From contig CAZTQB010000001.1 in assembly GCA_964615775.1 (NCBI GenBank), forward strand, positions 60,599 to 124,598: a DNA stretch of 64,000 nt, read 5' to 3'. Source of the DNA: an uncultured Candidatus Saccharibacteria bacterium. Lineage in GTDB: Bacteria > Patescibacteriota > Saccharimonadia > Saccharimonadales > 2-12-FULL-41-12. Below are positions 50,511 through 60,692 of the stretch, in pieces. Position numbers and translations under genes: made by a program. Numbering within the stretch: the first letter of the stretch is position 1; each line of letters opens with the position of its first letter. Below the pieces are notes generated by a model that worked only from the letters and a program-made list of their open reading frames with translations, ran no database searches and had not been told where the DNA came from.

Positions 50511-50540
50511 AAACTCTCGTCTAATGTGCGAGAGTTTTTT
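50511..50540 (+). terminator. Rho-independent terminator after tuf
   Basis: aaACTCTCGtctaatgtgCGAGAGTtttttt: 7-bp stem followed by a T-run. Confidence 0.55.
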
Positions 50541-50675
50541 ATACTAAGAAGCACTATGTACAAATGCAGAAAAAACTAGTATAATTTGTTAAGTTATACA
50601 AAACTTGCTGATTAAAAGTTATTTTTGAAAAACAAAATAATGTTACAGCAGACTAAATGAAAGGAATAACACCTT

Positions 50676-51023
50676 ATGGCTGAAGCCAAAAAAACCACTA
50701 AACCGATGGCTAGCGATAGTAAGCAACGGATTCGGATTCGCTTAAAAGCTTATGACCACAAACTGATCGACCAGTCAGCTAAGCAGATTGTCGATACAGC
50801 AATTAGGACTGGTGCCAAGATTGCCGGGCCAGTACCTTTGCCAACTCGCAGAAGCACCTTTACGGTTGTTAAAAGTCCACATGTTTATAAAAAAGGTCGT
50901 GAGCAGTTTGAGATGAGAGTTCACAAACGCTTGATTGACGTTGTTGAACCAACCCCAAAAACGATTGATAGCTTGATGAATTTGTCTCTTCCTGCTGGCT
51001 GCGATGCTGAAATAAAGATGTAG
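50676..51023 (+). CDS. rpsJ: 30S ribosomal protein S10
   Basis: …[41 protein letters not shown]… is canonical S10. There is a ~13-aa N-terminal extension relative to E. coli if 50676 is the true start. Confidence 0.9.
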   Translation: MAEAKKTTKPMASDSKQRIRIRLKAYDHKLIDQSAKQIVDTAIRTGAKIAGPVPLPTRRSTFTVVKSPHVYKKGREQFEMRVHKRLIDVVEPTPKTIDSLMNLSLPAGCDAEIKM

Positions 51024-51087
51024 CTCTAACCTGTCATTGACAAAGCTTTACAACAAGTGTATAATATATACTAAGTAAAATATTGTC

Positions 51088-51687
51088 ATGGAAAACGGTC
51101 TAGAATCAAACCAAGGCTTAAAGCCAAACCACTTAGTAGAAACTATTAAAAGATTTGAGCGGTTTAGTGCTGCTTTTTTGGGAAGCTTGGCACTTACTAC
51201 TATACTCAATACTGTTGCTCCTTTTGCACAGGCCTCGACCCAACTACCAATTAAGTCAACTGACCCTGGACTGGTACAAGAGTGTCGTAGGCAAGCCTTG
51301 CCGGAGTATCCGACAGATACTGTCGAATTTGTTAGAAACAAGAATACAGTTAGCGTTACTCTTTCAGCTTATGATATTACACCAAAGTGCGAAAAACTTT
51401 TAACCCGCTCCTCTCAGGCAGTAATTTGGCCACTTAATTCTAATGGCGTACCAAGCTCATCATATATAAAACTTAAATCGATTTCACAAGATTATAGCGA
51501 AGAAAAAACAAAATTAACCCTAGCTTCATCTCAGCTAAAAAAGTCAGTTGGATTTATGGTCGCAATTGATAATTCAATCAAATGGAAGATTGGTCAAAAA
51601 CCAGAACGACAAGCTCCTATATTTATTTATCGACAAGGAAACTATAAAAGTCCAATTCAAGCCGAAGTAGGCCCTGATCGAGACTAA
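51088..51687 (+). CDS. Hypothetical secreted protein inserted between rpsJ and rplC
   Basis: 199 aa with a signal-peptide-like segment (FLGSLALTTILNTVAPFAQA|S). No family recognised. Confidence 0.4.
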   Translation: MENGLESNQGLKPNHLVETIKRFERFSAAFLGSLALTTILNTVAPFAQASTQLPIKSTDPGLVQECRRQALPEYPTDTVEFVRNKNTVSVTLSAYDITPKCEKLLTRSSQAVIWPLNSNGVPSSSYIKLKSISQDYSEEKTKLTLASSQLKKSVGFMVAIDNSIKWKIGQKPERQAPIFIYRQGNYKSPIQAEVGPDRD

Positions 51688-51719
51688 CAACCTAGATAAA
51701 AATGTGTTTTAATTAATAT

Positions 51720-52004
51720 ATGTCAAAAGCAAAAACAAAAAAACTACAAAAGACTAATAAAAAAACAACTGAATCGGACCAAGCCTATTTTCTAAAAATA
51801 GTTATATATCTGATTTTAGCTAGTTTTTGGCTACGAATTTATACTAACTCTGGAGCAGAAATTCCCATTCCTATAGGTGGTGTTGTGGCGGTTATTTATG
51901 CATTACGTGATCGTTCTCAGATTGATCGCAGGATTGAGCTAGCAATCATTTTGGTGGCGATGTTTGTGTCGTTTTGGCTACCTATTGGACTATACATCGG
52001 TTAG
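51720..52004 (+). CDS. Hypothetical small membrane protein (basic N-terminus, ~3 TM)
   Basis: 94 aa, MSKAKTKKLQKTNKK… followed by hydrophobic helices. Confidence 0.35.
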   Translation: MSKAKTKKLQKTNKKTTESDQAYFLKIVIYLILASFWLRIYTNSGAEIPIPIGGVVAVIYALRDRSQIDRRIELAIILVAMFVSFWLPIGLYIG

Positions 52005-52307
52005 CTATTCCTAGTAAGAATTTTTAAGAAGAGCAGAATCAAGACGATTATATATAGCAAAGAGTAAAACGAATAACGTGTATAATGCACAACATATTGA
52101 CAGGTGTTAGGAACTTGTGTTAAGATGTTAAGCGTATATCAAAATACTTAACTTGGTACGTTATGAGGGTCTGCCGATTTGTTTGACAAAACAGGGGTGG
52201 AAACCACTAGCTACCAAGCGTTTTTATTGCTAAAACTTTTTAAAAATATGATTTATGCAAATAAAAATGACCTAATTTAAGTAGTAATAAATGAGGTTAA
52301 ATCTGCT

Positions 52308-52922
52308 ATGAAAGCACTTATAACACAAAAAGTTGGCATGACTTCAACTATCGCTGATGACGGTAGTGTGAATGCTATTACTTTGCTTTCCGCTAGTGAT
52401 AATGTAGTAACCCAGATCAAAAACGTCGATGTAGACGGGTATCAGGCACTGCAAGTTGGCTCGATTGAAGCTAAGAAATTATCAAAGTCTGCTAGTGGTC
52501 ATCAAAAAGCTGCCAAAACCAGCTTAAAACAATTAAAAGAGTTCCGAGTAAGCGAATTACCGGAAGATACTAAAGTTGGCGACAAGTTTGCAGCTGATCT
52601 TTTTAGTGTTGGAGATATGGTTGACGTGACTGCAACAAGTAAAGGTAAAGGCTGGGCTGGAACCATTAAACGTCATAATTTTCATCGTCAACGCAAAACC
52701 CATGGTGGTAAAGGCAACACTCGTAAAGTTGGATCGATTGGTTCAATGTACCCACAGCGTATCTTTAAGGGTAAAAAAATGGCTGGTCAAATGGGAGCTA
52801 GTCAAGTAACTGTTAAAAACTTGAAAGTTGCCTTAGTTGACACTGATCTAAATGTGATTGGTGTGTACGGAGCTGTGCCTGGTCCACGCCGAGGTGTAGT
52901 TATTGTGAAAGGAGTTAAATAA
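52308..52922 (+). CDS. rplC: 50S ribosomal protein L3
   Basis: …GKGWAGTIKRHNFHRQRKTHG… is the L3 signature. 204 aa. Confidence 0.95.
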   Translation: MKALITQKVGMTSTIADDGSVNAITLLSASDNVVTQIKNVDVDGYQALQVGSIEAKKLSKSASGHQKAAKTSLKQLKEFRVSELPEDTKVGDKFAADLFSVGDMVDVTATSKGKGWAGTIKRHNFHRQRKTHGGKGNTRKVGSIGSMYPQRIFKGKKMAGQMGASQVTVKNLKVALVDTDLNVIGVYGAVPGPRRGVVIVKGVK

Positions 52923-53584
52923 TGAGTGTTCCTACTTTCACGAAAACTGGCAGTAAGGCTACTGCCGCTGTTAAATTAGACAAGAATGTTTTTGAAGTTG
53001 AAATTAATAATCATCAACTTCTTAAAGACGCTTATGTAGCATACCTAGCTAATGGTCGAGGTAATTTGGCAGTAACCAAAACTAGGGGTCTTGTAAGTGG
53101 TGGTGGTAAAAAGCCTTGGAAGCAAAAAGGAACTGGTCGAGCTAGATTTGGTAGCTCGCGGGTGCCAATTTGGAGAGGTGGCGGTATCACTTTTGGTCCA
53201 ACTGGTAATGAAAATTATTCTAAGAAAATGCCATTAAAAGCCAAAAGAGTAGCTATTCGACAAGCACTGACACTTGCCAATCAGGCTGATAAGGTTAGTG
53301 TGATTGAAGCTTTCGACGTAAAAGATGCTAAGACCAAGTCGGCAGCTAATTTGTTGAGTAAGCTCAAAGCCGACAGAGGTGTGTTACTTGTTGTGGAGAA
53401 TAAGACTGATGAACTAGATAAAGCTACTCGCAATCTTAAATTTGTTAAGGTTGTCCAAGCTAAGTATCTAAACGTATATAGCATTATGAATGCTCATATA
53501 ATTTTATTAGAAAAGCCAGTACTTGATGAGATTTCTGACTGGTTAGCTGTAGAGCCAAAAACAACCAAAGAAGGGGCTAAATAA
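52922..53584 (+). CDS. rplD: 50S ribosomal protein L4
   Basis: 220 aa with an L4-like sequence (…GGGKKPWKQKGTGRARFGS…). Standard operon position. Confidence 0.9.
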   Translation: MSVPTFTKTGSKATAAVKLDKNVFEVEINNHQLLKDAYVAYLANGRGNLAVTKTRGLVSGGGKKPWKQKGTGRARFGSSRVPIWRGGGITFGPTGNENYSKKMPLKAKRVAIRQALTLANQADKVSVIEAFDVKDAKTKSAANLLSKLKADRGVLLVVENKTDELDKATRNLKFVKVVQAKYLNVYSIMNAHIILLEKPVLDEISDWLAVEPKTTKEGAK

Positions 53585-54030
53585 TGAGTAAGTTATTATT
53601 ACTAAAACCTCGTCAAAGCGAGAAAACTTACGCTCTAAGCCAAACACAAAATGTTTTTGTGTTTGATGTACCGCTAAACACCAATAAAATTGAGGTCAAA
53701 AAAGCCGTTGAGACTCAGTTTAGTGTCAGTGTAACAGACGTAAAAATGCTGATAAATAAAGGCAAGATGGCTCGCTCAATACGGATTGGTGCTAAGACTC
53801 GGGCTAGTGTTTCTGGTCGTCGTAAAGATATTAAAAAAGCTTACGTAACTCTAGCAGAAGGTAACTCTATACCGGTTTTTGCAGCAATTGATGAACAAAT
53901 CGAAAAAGAAGCCAAAATGAACAAAGTGGCCGAAAAAGCTTTAGCTAAAGAAGAGAAAAAGGCCAAAACGGCTGAAGTTCCCAAAAAACGTGGTATTTTG
54001 GGCAGGGCAAACAAGAAAGGAGATAAGTAA
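53584..54030 (+). CDS. rplW: 50S ribosomal protein L23 with K/E-rich C-terminal extension
   Basis: L23 core (…KPRQSEKTYALSQTQNVFVFDVPLNTNKIEVKKAVE…) plus a ~50-aa lysine/glutamate-rich tail. Standard operon position. Confidence 0.9.
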   Translation: MSKLLLLKPRQSEKTYALSQTQNVFVFDVPLNTNKIEVKKAVETQFSVSVTDVKMLINKGKMARSIRIGAKTRASVSGRRKDIKKAYVTLAEGNSIPVFAAIDEQIEKEAKMNKVAEKALAKEEKKAKTAEVPKKRGILGRANKKGDK

Positions 54031-54866
54031 TGGCAGTTAAACAGTACAAGCCAACTACTCCAGGTAGAAGGGGTATGACATCTTATGATTTTGATGGAAT
54101 TACTACTAAAAAGCCAGTTAAAAGCTTGCTAAAAGTTCGTAAACAAAACAGTGGTCGTAATAATCAAGGCCGAATTACTACTAGACATCGTGGCGGTGGA
54201 GCTAAACGATTTATTCGGGTTGTTAATTTTGATTTGCCAGAAGGCACAAAAGCGACTGTTGAACACATCGAATATGACCCAGGACGATCTAGTCGGATTG
54301 CTCGGATCAAAGATCAAAATGAGAAGCTACACTATGTTATTGCTACAAATGGCATGAAGCAAGGTCAGAAACTTAGTGTTGGCAGTGAAAGTCCTATTGA
54401 GAATGGCAACCGTCTTGCTCTAAAGGATATACCAGTTGGTAGCGTTATACACTCTGTAGAGATGACTTCTGGTCGTGGTGGCCAGTTAGTTCGTGGGGCT
54501 GGTGCCTCGGCTCAATTGATGGCAAAAGACGAGAAGTACGCTCAAGTAAAGCTTCCAAGTGGTGAAGTACGCATGATTAATGCTAATTGTAAGGCTAGTA
54601 TCGGCGTAGTTGGTAACGAACAACACCAAAACGTTAAGGTTGGCAAGGCTGGCCGTAAACGTAACAAAGGTATTCGCCCATCGGTCAGAGGTGTGGTTAT
54701 GAATGCTGCTGATCACCCACATGGTGGTGGTGATGGTGGTCGACACGGTATAGGTAAAGACCCGCGTACACCATGGGGTCAAAAGACATTAGGTTACAAA
54801 ACTCGCCGTCGTAAGAGTAGTAATAAATTTATTATAAAAAGTCGTCACGAGGCGAAGAGGAAATAA
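54030..54866 (+). CDS. rplB: 50S ribosomal protein L2
   Basis: 278 aa; …GRNNQGRITTRHRGGG…; …HPHGGGDGG… L2 signatures. Confidence 0.95.
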   Translation: MAVKQYKPTTPGRRGMTSYDFDGITTKKPVKSLLKVRKQNSGRNNQGRITTRHRGGGAKRFIRVVNFDLPEGTKATVEHIEYDPGRSSRIARIKDQNEKLHYVIATNGMKQGQKLSVGSESPIENGNRLALKDIPVGSVIHSVEMTSGRGGQLVRGAGASAQLMAKDEKYAQVKLPSGEVRMINANCKASIGVVGNEQHQNVKVGKAGRKRNKGIRPSVRGVVMNAADHPHGGGDGGRHGIGKDPRTPWGQKTLGYKTRRRKSSNKFIIKSRHEAKRK

Positions 54867-54869
54867 GGT

Positions 54870-55145
54870 ATGAGTCGTTCACTTAAAAAAGGCCCGTTTG
54901 TTGATCCGAAGCTTGCTAAAAAAGTAGCAGCTCTTGGCCAAGAGGATCGAACTATTATTAAAACATGGGCAAGAGCCTGCACAATTCCGCCAGAGTTTGT
55001 TGGTAGAACTATCGCTGTACATAATGGTAAAGTTCATGTACCTGTGTTTGTTACTGAAAATATGGTAGGACATAAATTAGGTGAATTTAGCCCAACTCGT
55101 AAATTTAGAAATCACGGTGGCAAGCTTGCGAAAGGTCAAAAATAA
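54870..55145 (+). CDS. rpsS: 30S ribosomal protein S19
   Basis: [15 protein letters not shown]…[27 protein letters not shown]… Canonical S19. Confidence 0.95.
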   Translation: MSRSLKKGPFVDPKLAKKVAALGQEDRTIIKTWARACTIPPEFVGRTIAVHNGKVHVPVFVTENMVGHKLGEFSPTRKFRNHGGKLAKGQK

Positions 55146-55531
55146 TGAATAATGACGTAAAAGCCTCGGCCAAGGGTGTCCGTATGAGTCCACGAAAAGT
55201 AGGCGTTGTTGCTGCCTTGGTTAGAGGTAGGTCGGTGTCTGACGCTATGACAATTTTAGAAAATACTCCTAGACGTTCTGCGACTGCTGTTCGTAAGGTT
55301 ATTCAGAGTGCTGCTGCCAATGCTGACAATAATTTTAATTACAAACCAGAAACACTAACTATAACTCAAATTATAGTAACGCCTGGTCCACGAATTAAGC
55401 GTTATCGTCCAGCCGCTCATGGCCGAGCTTTACCTTTTCAAAGAAAAACAAGCCATATTTTTGTGTCTGTTGCTGGTGAGATTCGTCAACCTAAAAAACC
55501 TACAACCAAAGCCAAGAAGGAGACAAAGTAA
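55145..55531 (+). CDS. rplV: 50S ribosomal protein L22
   Basis: 128 aa; …VRMSPRKVGVVAALVRGRSVSDAMTILENTPR… L22-like. Standard operon position. Confidence 0.9.
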   Translation: MNNDVKASAKGVRMSPRKVGVVAALVRGRSVSDAMTILENTPRRSATAVRKVIQSAAANADNNFNYKPETLTITQIIVTPGPRIKRYRPAAHGRALPFQRKTSHIFVSVAGEIRQPKKPTTKAKKETK

Positions 55532-56163
55532 TGGGACAAAAAGTAAATCCGATTAGTATGCGCTTGCAAGTCAACAAAGATTGGCGGAGTAAGTGGTTTG
55601 CAAACAAACGAGATTATCAAGATTTCTTGGCTAAGGACTTAAAAGTTCGCCAAATGATTAAAAAAGATTTAGGTAGTAGAGCTGCTATCAATAAAATCGA
55701 TATTGAGCGTTCACCAAACTTAGTGACAGTTACGGTATCAACAGCCAAGGCCGGTGTAGTAATTGGTCGTGGTGGAGCTGGGGCTGTGGGATTAAAAACT
55801 AAAATTGAAAAAATTTATGGTGTAAATGTGCGAGTTAACATCGAAGAAATCAAAAAATCAGAACTATACGCTAAGCTTGTTGCAGAAAATATTGCTCATC
55901 AGTTAGAAAGGCGTATTTCATTTCGTCGTGCTATTAAGCAAGCCGCAGCTGCAACTATACGAGCCGGTGCTAAAGGTGTTAGGATTGAAGTTTCTGGACG
56001 TTTGAATGGTGCTGAGATGAGTCGACGCGAAAAAGAAGTTCAGGGTTCTGTACCACTACATACAATTCGTGCTGATATAGATTATTCCCACGCTGCCGCA
56101 CACACACCAGGTGCTGGAATCGTTGGTGTAAAGGTTTGGATATATAAGGGGGAGGTTCACTAA
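55531..56163 (+). CDS. rpsC: 30S ribosomal protein S3
   Basis: [24 protein letters not shown]… KH domain and C-terminal domain. 210 aa. Confidence 0.95.
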   Translation: MGQKVNPISMRLQVNKDWRSKWFANKRDYQDFLAKDLKVRQMIKKDLGSRAAINKIDIERSPNLVTVTVSTAKAGVVIGRGGAGAVGLKTKIEKIYGVNVRVNIEEIKKSELYAKLVAENIAHQLERRISFRRAIKQAAAATIRAGAKGVRIEVSGRLNGAEMSRREKEVQGSVPLHTIRADIDYSHAAAHTPGAGIVGVKVWIYKGEVH

Positions 56164-56164
56164 A

Positions 56165-56578
56165 ATGTTAGTCCCGAATAAACTTAAACATCGTCGAGTT
56201 CGCAAGGGTCGTATCAAAGGTCCAGCTACTTCTGGCAATACGATTGCTTTTGGTCAATATGCCTTGCAAGCTATGGGGCCAGAAAAAATTACTTCACGCC
56301 AGATTGAGTCTGCTAGGCAGGCTATGACACGTTATATTAAACGTGGTGGCAAAATTTGGATTAGAATTTTTCCACATACACCTGTTACTAAAAAACCATT
56401 AGGTTTGAAAATGGGTGGTGGTAAAGGAAGTCCGGAATTTTTTGTGGCAAAAATTCACCCTGGTACTATATTGTTTGAAATGCAAGGTGTTAGTGAAGAG
56501 GTGGCTCGTGAAGCTATGCGACTTGCTGCTCATAAACTACCAGTTAAAACTAAATTTATTTTGAGGGAGGGTGAGTAA
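56165..56578 (+). CDS. rplP: 50S ribosomal protein L16
   Basis: [21 protein letters not shown]… Canonical L16. Confidence 0.95.
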   Translation: MLVPNKLKHRRVRKGRIKGPATSGNTIAFGQYALQAMGPEKITSRQIESARQAMTRYIKRGGKIWIRIFPHTPVTKKPLGLKMGGGKGSPEFFVAKIHPGTILFEMQGVSEEVAREAMRLAAHKLPVKTKFILREGE

Positions 56579-56778
56579 TGACTGTTTCCGAGATCCGTAA
56601 AATGGACACTTCAAAACTCGCTAAGTCAGTAAATGAACTACGCGAAGAAATAACTGAACTACGTCGCCGAATTCATATGGGCGAGACACAGAATTTACGA
56701 ATTGTGAAAACTAAACGTAAAGATTTAGCTAGAATGTTAACAATAATGAGCGAACAGCTTTCTAAGGAGAAAATGTAA
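56578..56778 (+). CDS. rpmC: 50S ribosomal protein L29
   Basis: 66 aa, …LRKMDTSKLAKSVNELREEITELRRR… L29-like. Standard operon position. Confidence 0.85.
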   Translation: MTVSEIRKMDTSKLAKSVNELREEITELRRRIHMGETQNLRIVKTKRKDLARMLTIMSEQLSKEKM

Positions 56779-57080
56779 TGGCAAAAACACTAACTGGGGT
56801 GGTTTCGTCTGTTGCTAGCGACAAAACTATTGTCATTACAATCGCAACTCGCAAAACTCATCCAATTTACAAAAAGCAATATATCAAAACTGCTAAATAC
56901 ATGGCACATGACGAGAAAAACGAATGCAAACTTGGCGACAAAGTTGTAATTAGCGAAACTAGACCATTGTCGGCTCGCAAGCGATTTAAGTTAGACAAAA
57001 TTGTTGAACGTGCCACGATTACAAAAGATGACTTAAAGGTACTAGACGCAGAACCAACAAAAAGCGAGGAGGATAAGTAA
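56778..57080 (+). CDS. rpsQ: 30S ribosomal protein S17
   Basis: …[30 protein letters not shown]…[22 protein letters not shown]… S17 signature. Confidence 0.9.
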   Translation: MAKTLTGVVSSVASDKTIVITIATRKTHPIYKKQYIKTAKYMAHDEKNECKLGDKVVISETRPLSARKRFKLDKIVERATITKDDLKVLDAEPTKSEEDK

Positions 57081-57448
57081 TGATCCAACAAGAATCTCGC
57101 TTAGTAGTTTGCGATAATAGTGGTGCCAAAGAGATTTTGTGCATACGTGTACTTGGTGGCACACGTCGTAGGTATGCCCGAGTTGGTGACATAATTACTG
57201 CAACAGTCAAGCAAGCAAGCCCTAACGGAACTGTCAAGAAAAAGACAGTTGTACGAGCGGTTGTAGTACGAACTCGTGAACAAATTCGTCGCAAAGATGG
57301 CTCTAGTATAAAATTCGACGACAATGCAGCTGTAATAATTGGCGATGACAAAAATCCTCGAGCAACCCGTATTTTCGGACCTGTACCTAGAGAGCTGCGT
57401 GATATGGGCTATTCCAAGATTATCAGCTTAGCACCGGAGGTACTTTAG
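57080..57448 (+). CDS. rplN: 50S ribosomal protein L14
   Basis: [27 protein letters not shown]… Canonical L14. Confidence 0.95.
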   Translation: MIQQESRLVVCDNSGAKEILCIRVLGGTRRRYARVGDIITATVKQASPNGTVKKKTVVRAVVVRTREQIRRKDGSSIKFDDNAAVIIGDDKNPRATRIFGPVPRELRDMGYSKIISLAPEVL

Positions 57449-57799
57449 ATGAAAACAAAAGATTTAAGAACAATCGCAAAGCCATATAAAATCCGCTTAC
57501 GCAAAGATGATAATGTAGTGGTTTTGAGAGGTAAGTATAAGGGTAAGACTGGAAAAGTTGTGGCTGTGCATCCTAGCGATAATACTGTAACTGTTGAAGG
57601 TATAAATATCATTAAGAAAGCCATTAAACCAACCAAGCTTAATCCTCAAGGTGGAATTGTCGAAATTGTAAAGCCGATTAATGTTAGCAAAGTGGCGATT
57701 GTAGAGCCAACCAGCAAGAAACCAAGTCGTATTGGCTACATGTTTAACAAAGACGGCAAAAAAGTTCGTATATTTAAGAAAAGTGGAAAGGAAGTTTAG
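57449..57799 (+). CDS. rplX: 50S ribosomal protein L24
   Basis: 116 aa KOW-domain protein (…RLRKDDNVVVLRGKYKGKTGKV…). Standard position after rplN. Confidence 0.9.
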   Translation: MKTKDLRTIAKPYKIRLRKDDNVVVLRGKYKGKTGKVVAVHPSDNTVTVEGINIIKKAIKPTKLNPQGGIVEIVKPINVSKVAIVEPTSKKPSRIGYMFNKDGKKVRIFKKSGKEV

Positions 57800-57801
57800 A
57801 C

Positions 57802-58398
57802 ATGGCTGAAACTAATGTAAAAGCAAAAAAGCAGAGTCCGAAAACTGATTTTCCAAGGCTTAAACAAGCGTATATAGATAAATATGTGCCGGAGTTACAA
57901 AAAGAGCTTAAGCTCGCCAATGTTAATCAAGTACCGAAGTTAGAAAAAATCGTCTTAAATGTAGGCTTGGGTCGCAGCAAAGACGACAAATCGATGTTTG
58001 AGGTAGCTGAAAATACTCTTACAAAAATCACTGGTCAAAAACCAATTGAAACATATGCTAAGATGTCAATCGCTACATTTAAACTGCGAGAAGGTAATAA
58101 AATCGGTCTTAAAGTAACCCTTCGTGGTGATAGAATGTATGAATTTTTGGATCGTTTGGTTAATATTGTTTTGCCAAGACTAAGAGATTTTCATGGAGTA
58201 AAGTTGCAAGCATTTGACAAGCAAGGTAACTATGCAATTGGCTTGAGTGAACAATCGATTTTTCCAGAATTATCGTTTGAGGAAACAACCAAGCCTCATG
58301 GTCTGCAAATAATTTTTGCTACAAAATGCTTAAGTCAAGCCGATGCCAAAGCTTTGCTCGAAAAGTTTGGCATGCCATTTGAAAAGGAGAATAAGTAA
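57802..58398 (+). CDS. rplE: 50S ribosomal protein L5
   Basis: 198 aa; …[39 protein letters not shown]… L5-like. Confidence 0.9.
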   Translation: MAETNVKAKKQSPKTDFPRLKQAYIDKYVPELQKELKLANVNQVPKLEKIVLNVGLGRSKDDKSMFEVAENTLTKITGQKPIETYAKMSIATFKLREGNKIGLKVTLRGDRMYEFLDRLVNIVLPRLRDFHGVKLQAFDKQGNYAIGLSEQSIFPELSFEETTKPHGLQIIFATKCLSQADAKALLEKFGMPFEKENK

Positions 58399-58667
58399 TG
58401 GCTCGTAAATCAAATATTGCACGCGATGCAAAACGAAACAAGATGATTGATAAATACGCAAAGAAGCGTGCTGAGTTAAAGTCTATGGGTGATCAAGATG
58501 GCTTACATTTGTTGCCACGTAATTCTAGTCCAACTCGACGAAAGAATCGATGCGTGGAAACTGGTCGACCTCATGGCTACATGCGTCAGTTTGGCTTAAG
58601 TCGTATATCTTTCCGTGAACATGCTGTTAAGGGCGAAGTTCCGGGCGTAACGAAAGCTAGTTGGTAA
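58398..58667 (+). CDS. rpsN: 30S ribosomal protein S14
   Basis: 89 aa; …[39 protein letters not shown], the S14 C-terminal signature. Confidence 0.9.
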   Translation: MARKSNIARDAKRNKMIDKYAKKRAELKSMGDQDGLHLLPRNSSPTRRKNRCVETGRPHGYMRQFGLSRISFREHAVKGEVPGVTKASW

Positions 58668-58688
58668 AAATATGAAAGGAGTAAAATA

Positions 58689-59084
58689 ATGACTTCAACA
58701 GATCCAATCTCTGATATGTTAACTCGTGTTCGTAATGCAATTGCAGTCAACAAAACAGAAGTTAGAATGCCTCATTCCAAAATAAAGCAAAGCGTAGCAC
58801 AGCTTTTGAAAGAAAATAACTTTATTGATGGAGTTCAATCACAAGGTGACGGAGTAGCTAAAACTTTAGTTATTACTATCAATAAAGAGGATTCTAATGC
58901 TCGCATCACTAAGATTCAGCGAGTTAGTCGTCCTGGTCGACGTCTATACACTGCTGCAGATAAAATTCCGAAAATTATGCGTGGTCGTGGGATTGTTATC
59001 GTGTCAACTTCAAGAGGTTTAATGACTGGCGATGAGGCTAAAAAAAGCCGAATTGGCGGTGAGCTTATTTGCACGGTATATTAG
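58689..59084 (+). CDS. rpsH: 30S ribosomal protein S8
   Basis: MTSTDPISDMLTRVRNA… Canonical S8 N-terminus. 131 aa. Confidence 0.95.
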   Translation: MTSTDPISDMLTRVRNAIAVNKTEVRMPHSKIKQSVAQLLKENNFIDGVQSQGDGVAKTLVITINKEDSNARITKIQRVSRPGRRLYTAADKIPKIMRGRGIVIVSTSRGLMTGDEAKKSRIGGELICTVY

Positions 59085-59125
59085 TAAACTAAAAGTAGAT
59101 TTTATATTATTTAAAGGAGAAAAAA

Positions 59126-59665
59126 ATGAGTCGAGTAGGAAAACTACCAATCAAAATTCCGAGCGGTGTGACAATCACTATTGACGACGATTTGATCAAG
59201 GTAAATGGGTCAAAAGGTTCGCTCGAGCAGTTCACGATGGACGGAATCAATGTAAAGCAAGACGATGGTCAAGTGACTGTTTCGCGAGATAATGACGAGC
59301 CGAAAATTCGGGCTAAACATGGTCTGATGCGTGCGTTGATCAACAATATGGTTGTGGGTGTCAGTGAAGGTTTTAAAAAAGAGTTAGAAGTTAACGGTGT
59401 TGGCTTTAGGGTGGCTTTGGCCGGCGATACACTTAAGATGAACTTAGGTTTTTCGCATGAAGTAACCTATAAACTACCCATAGGCGTAACTGCAGAAGTT
59501 AAGCAAAACTTAATTACAGTTAGCGGAATCTCAAAACAACAAGTTGGACAAGTAGCAGCTGAGATACGTTCTCTTAAGAAGCCTGAGCCATACAAGGGCA
59601 AGGGCATAAAGTATGTTGAAGAGCGAATTGTGCGTAAGAGCGGAAAGAGCGGAAAGGATAAATAA
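59126..59665 (+). CDS. rplF: 50S ribosomal protein L6
   Basis: MSRVGKLPIKIPSGVTITID… Two L6 repeats. 179 aa. Confidence 0.95.
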   Translation: MSRVGKLPIKIPSGVTITIDDDLIKVNGSKGSLEQFTMDGINVKQDDGQVTVSRDNDEPKIRAKHGLMRALINNMVVGVSEGFKKELEVNGVGFRVALAGDTLKMNLGFSHEVTYKLPIGVTAEVKQNLITVSGISKQQVGQVAAEIRSLKKPEPYKGKGIKYVEERIVRKSGKSGKDK

Positions 59666-59667
59666 TC

Positions 59668-60021
59668 ATGGGTAGACTAGAATCAATTAGCAGAAATAGT
59701 TTTAGACGTAAAAACCGTGTTAGGACACAAGTTAGTGGTACTTCTGAACGACCTCGTTTATCTGTTAATATATCGAATACTCATGTTTCGGCACAGATTA
59801 TTAACGACGAAAAACAAGTAACTTTGGTTGGCTGTAGTAGTGTTGGTAAAAAACAAAGTGGTACAATGACCGAAAAAGCCGAAGCAGTTGGTAGCGAGAT
59901 TGCGAAATTGGCCAAAGCTAAAAAAGTAACTAAGGTAGCATTTGACAGAGGAGATAAAAAGTATCATGGTCGTATTAAAGCTTTGGCTGAAGCGGCACGT
60001 AAAGGTGGATTGGAGTTTTAA
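59668..60021 (+). CDS. rplR: 50S ribosomal protein L18
   Basis: 117 aa; …RPRLSVNISNTHVSAQIINDEK…HGRIKALAEAARKGGLEF. L18-like. Confidence 0.9.
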   Translation: MGRLESISRNSFRRKNRVRTQVSGTSERPRLSVNISNTHVSAQIINDEKQVTLVGCSSVGKKQSGTMTEKAEAVGSEIAKLAKAKKVTKVAFDRGDKKYHGRIKALAEAARKGGLEF

Positions 60022-60023
60022 TT

Positions 60024-60692
60024 ATGGCTGAAGATAAGAACAAGAATAATTCACGAAAAAACAGTACTCCGGAAGAGAAGCAGTTTGACGAAAGAGTTGT
60101 ACATATTGATCGTGTAGCTCGTGTTGTAAAAGGTGGTCGACGCTTTAGATTTAGAGCCTTGGTAGTTGTAGGTGATCATAAAGGCAAAGTTGGTATCGGT
60201 ATTTCAAAAGGTGCTGACGTAACAGCTGCTGTCGCAAAAGCGGTAGACGTCGCTAAGAAAAACTTCAATGACCTTAAACTATATAAAGGAACTTTTCCGC
60301 ATGAGGCACAAGCCAAAGTCGGTGGTTCTGTAATTTTGCTTAAACCAGCATCTGTTGGAACTGGTCTAATCGCTGGAGGTGTAGTACGAACTGTATTGGA
60401 AGTTGCTGGCGTAAGCAATGCTTTGTCGAAGTCGCTCGGCTCAACTAACAAAATTAACACTGCTTACGCGACTATCGAAGCTCTAAAGCAAATGGAATAT
60501 GCTAAAGACTGGATTACAACTAAGTATAATAACGACAAAAAGAAAGCCGCTGGGGCTAAGACTGAAATTAAATTAGCCGACAAGTCAGTTGGGACTAAAA
60601 AAGTCGAAACCAAAAAGCCAGTAGTAAAAGAATCTGCTAAATCAAAGACTAAAACGACAAAAAGTTCTGCTAAAAAGGAGACTAAAAAATGA
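60024..60692 (+). CDS. rpsE: 30S ribosomal protein S5 with K-rich C-terminal extension
   Basis: …RVARVVKGGRRFRFRALVVVGDHKGKVGIGISKG… S5 core plus a ~55-aa lysine-rich tail. Confidence 0.9.
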   Translation: MAEDKNKNNSRKNSTPEEKQFDERVVHIDRVARVVKGGRRFRFRALVVVGDHKGKVGIGISKGADVTAAVAKAVDVAKKNFNDLKLYKGTFPHEAQAKVGGSVILLKPASVGTGLIAGGVVRTVLEVAGVSNALSKSLGSTNKINTAYATIEALKQMEYAKDWITTKYNNDKKKAAGAKTEIKLADKSVGTKKVETKKPVVKESAKSKTKTTKSSAKKETKK

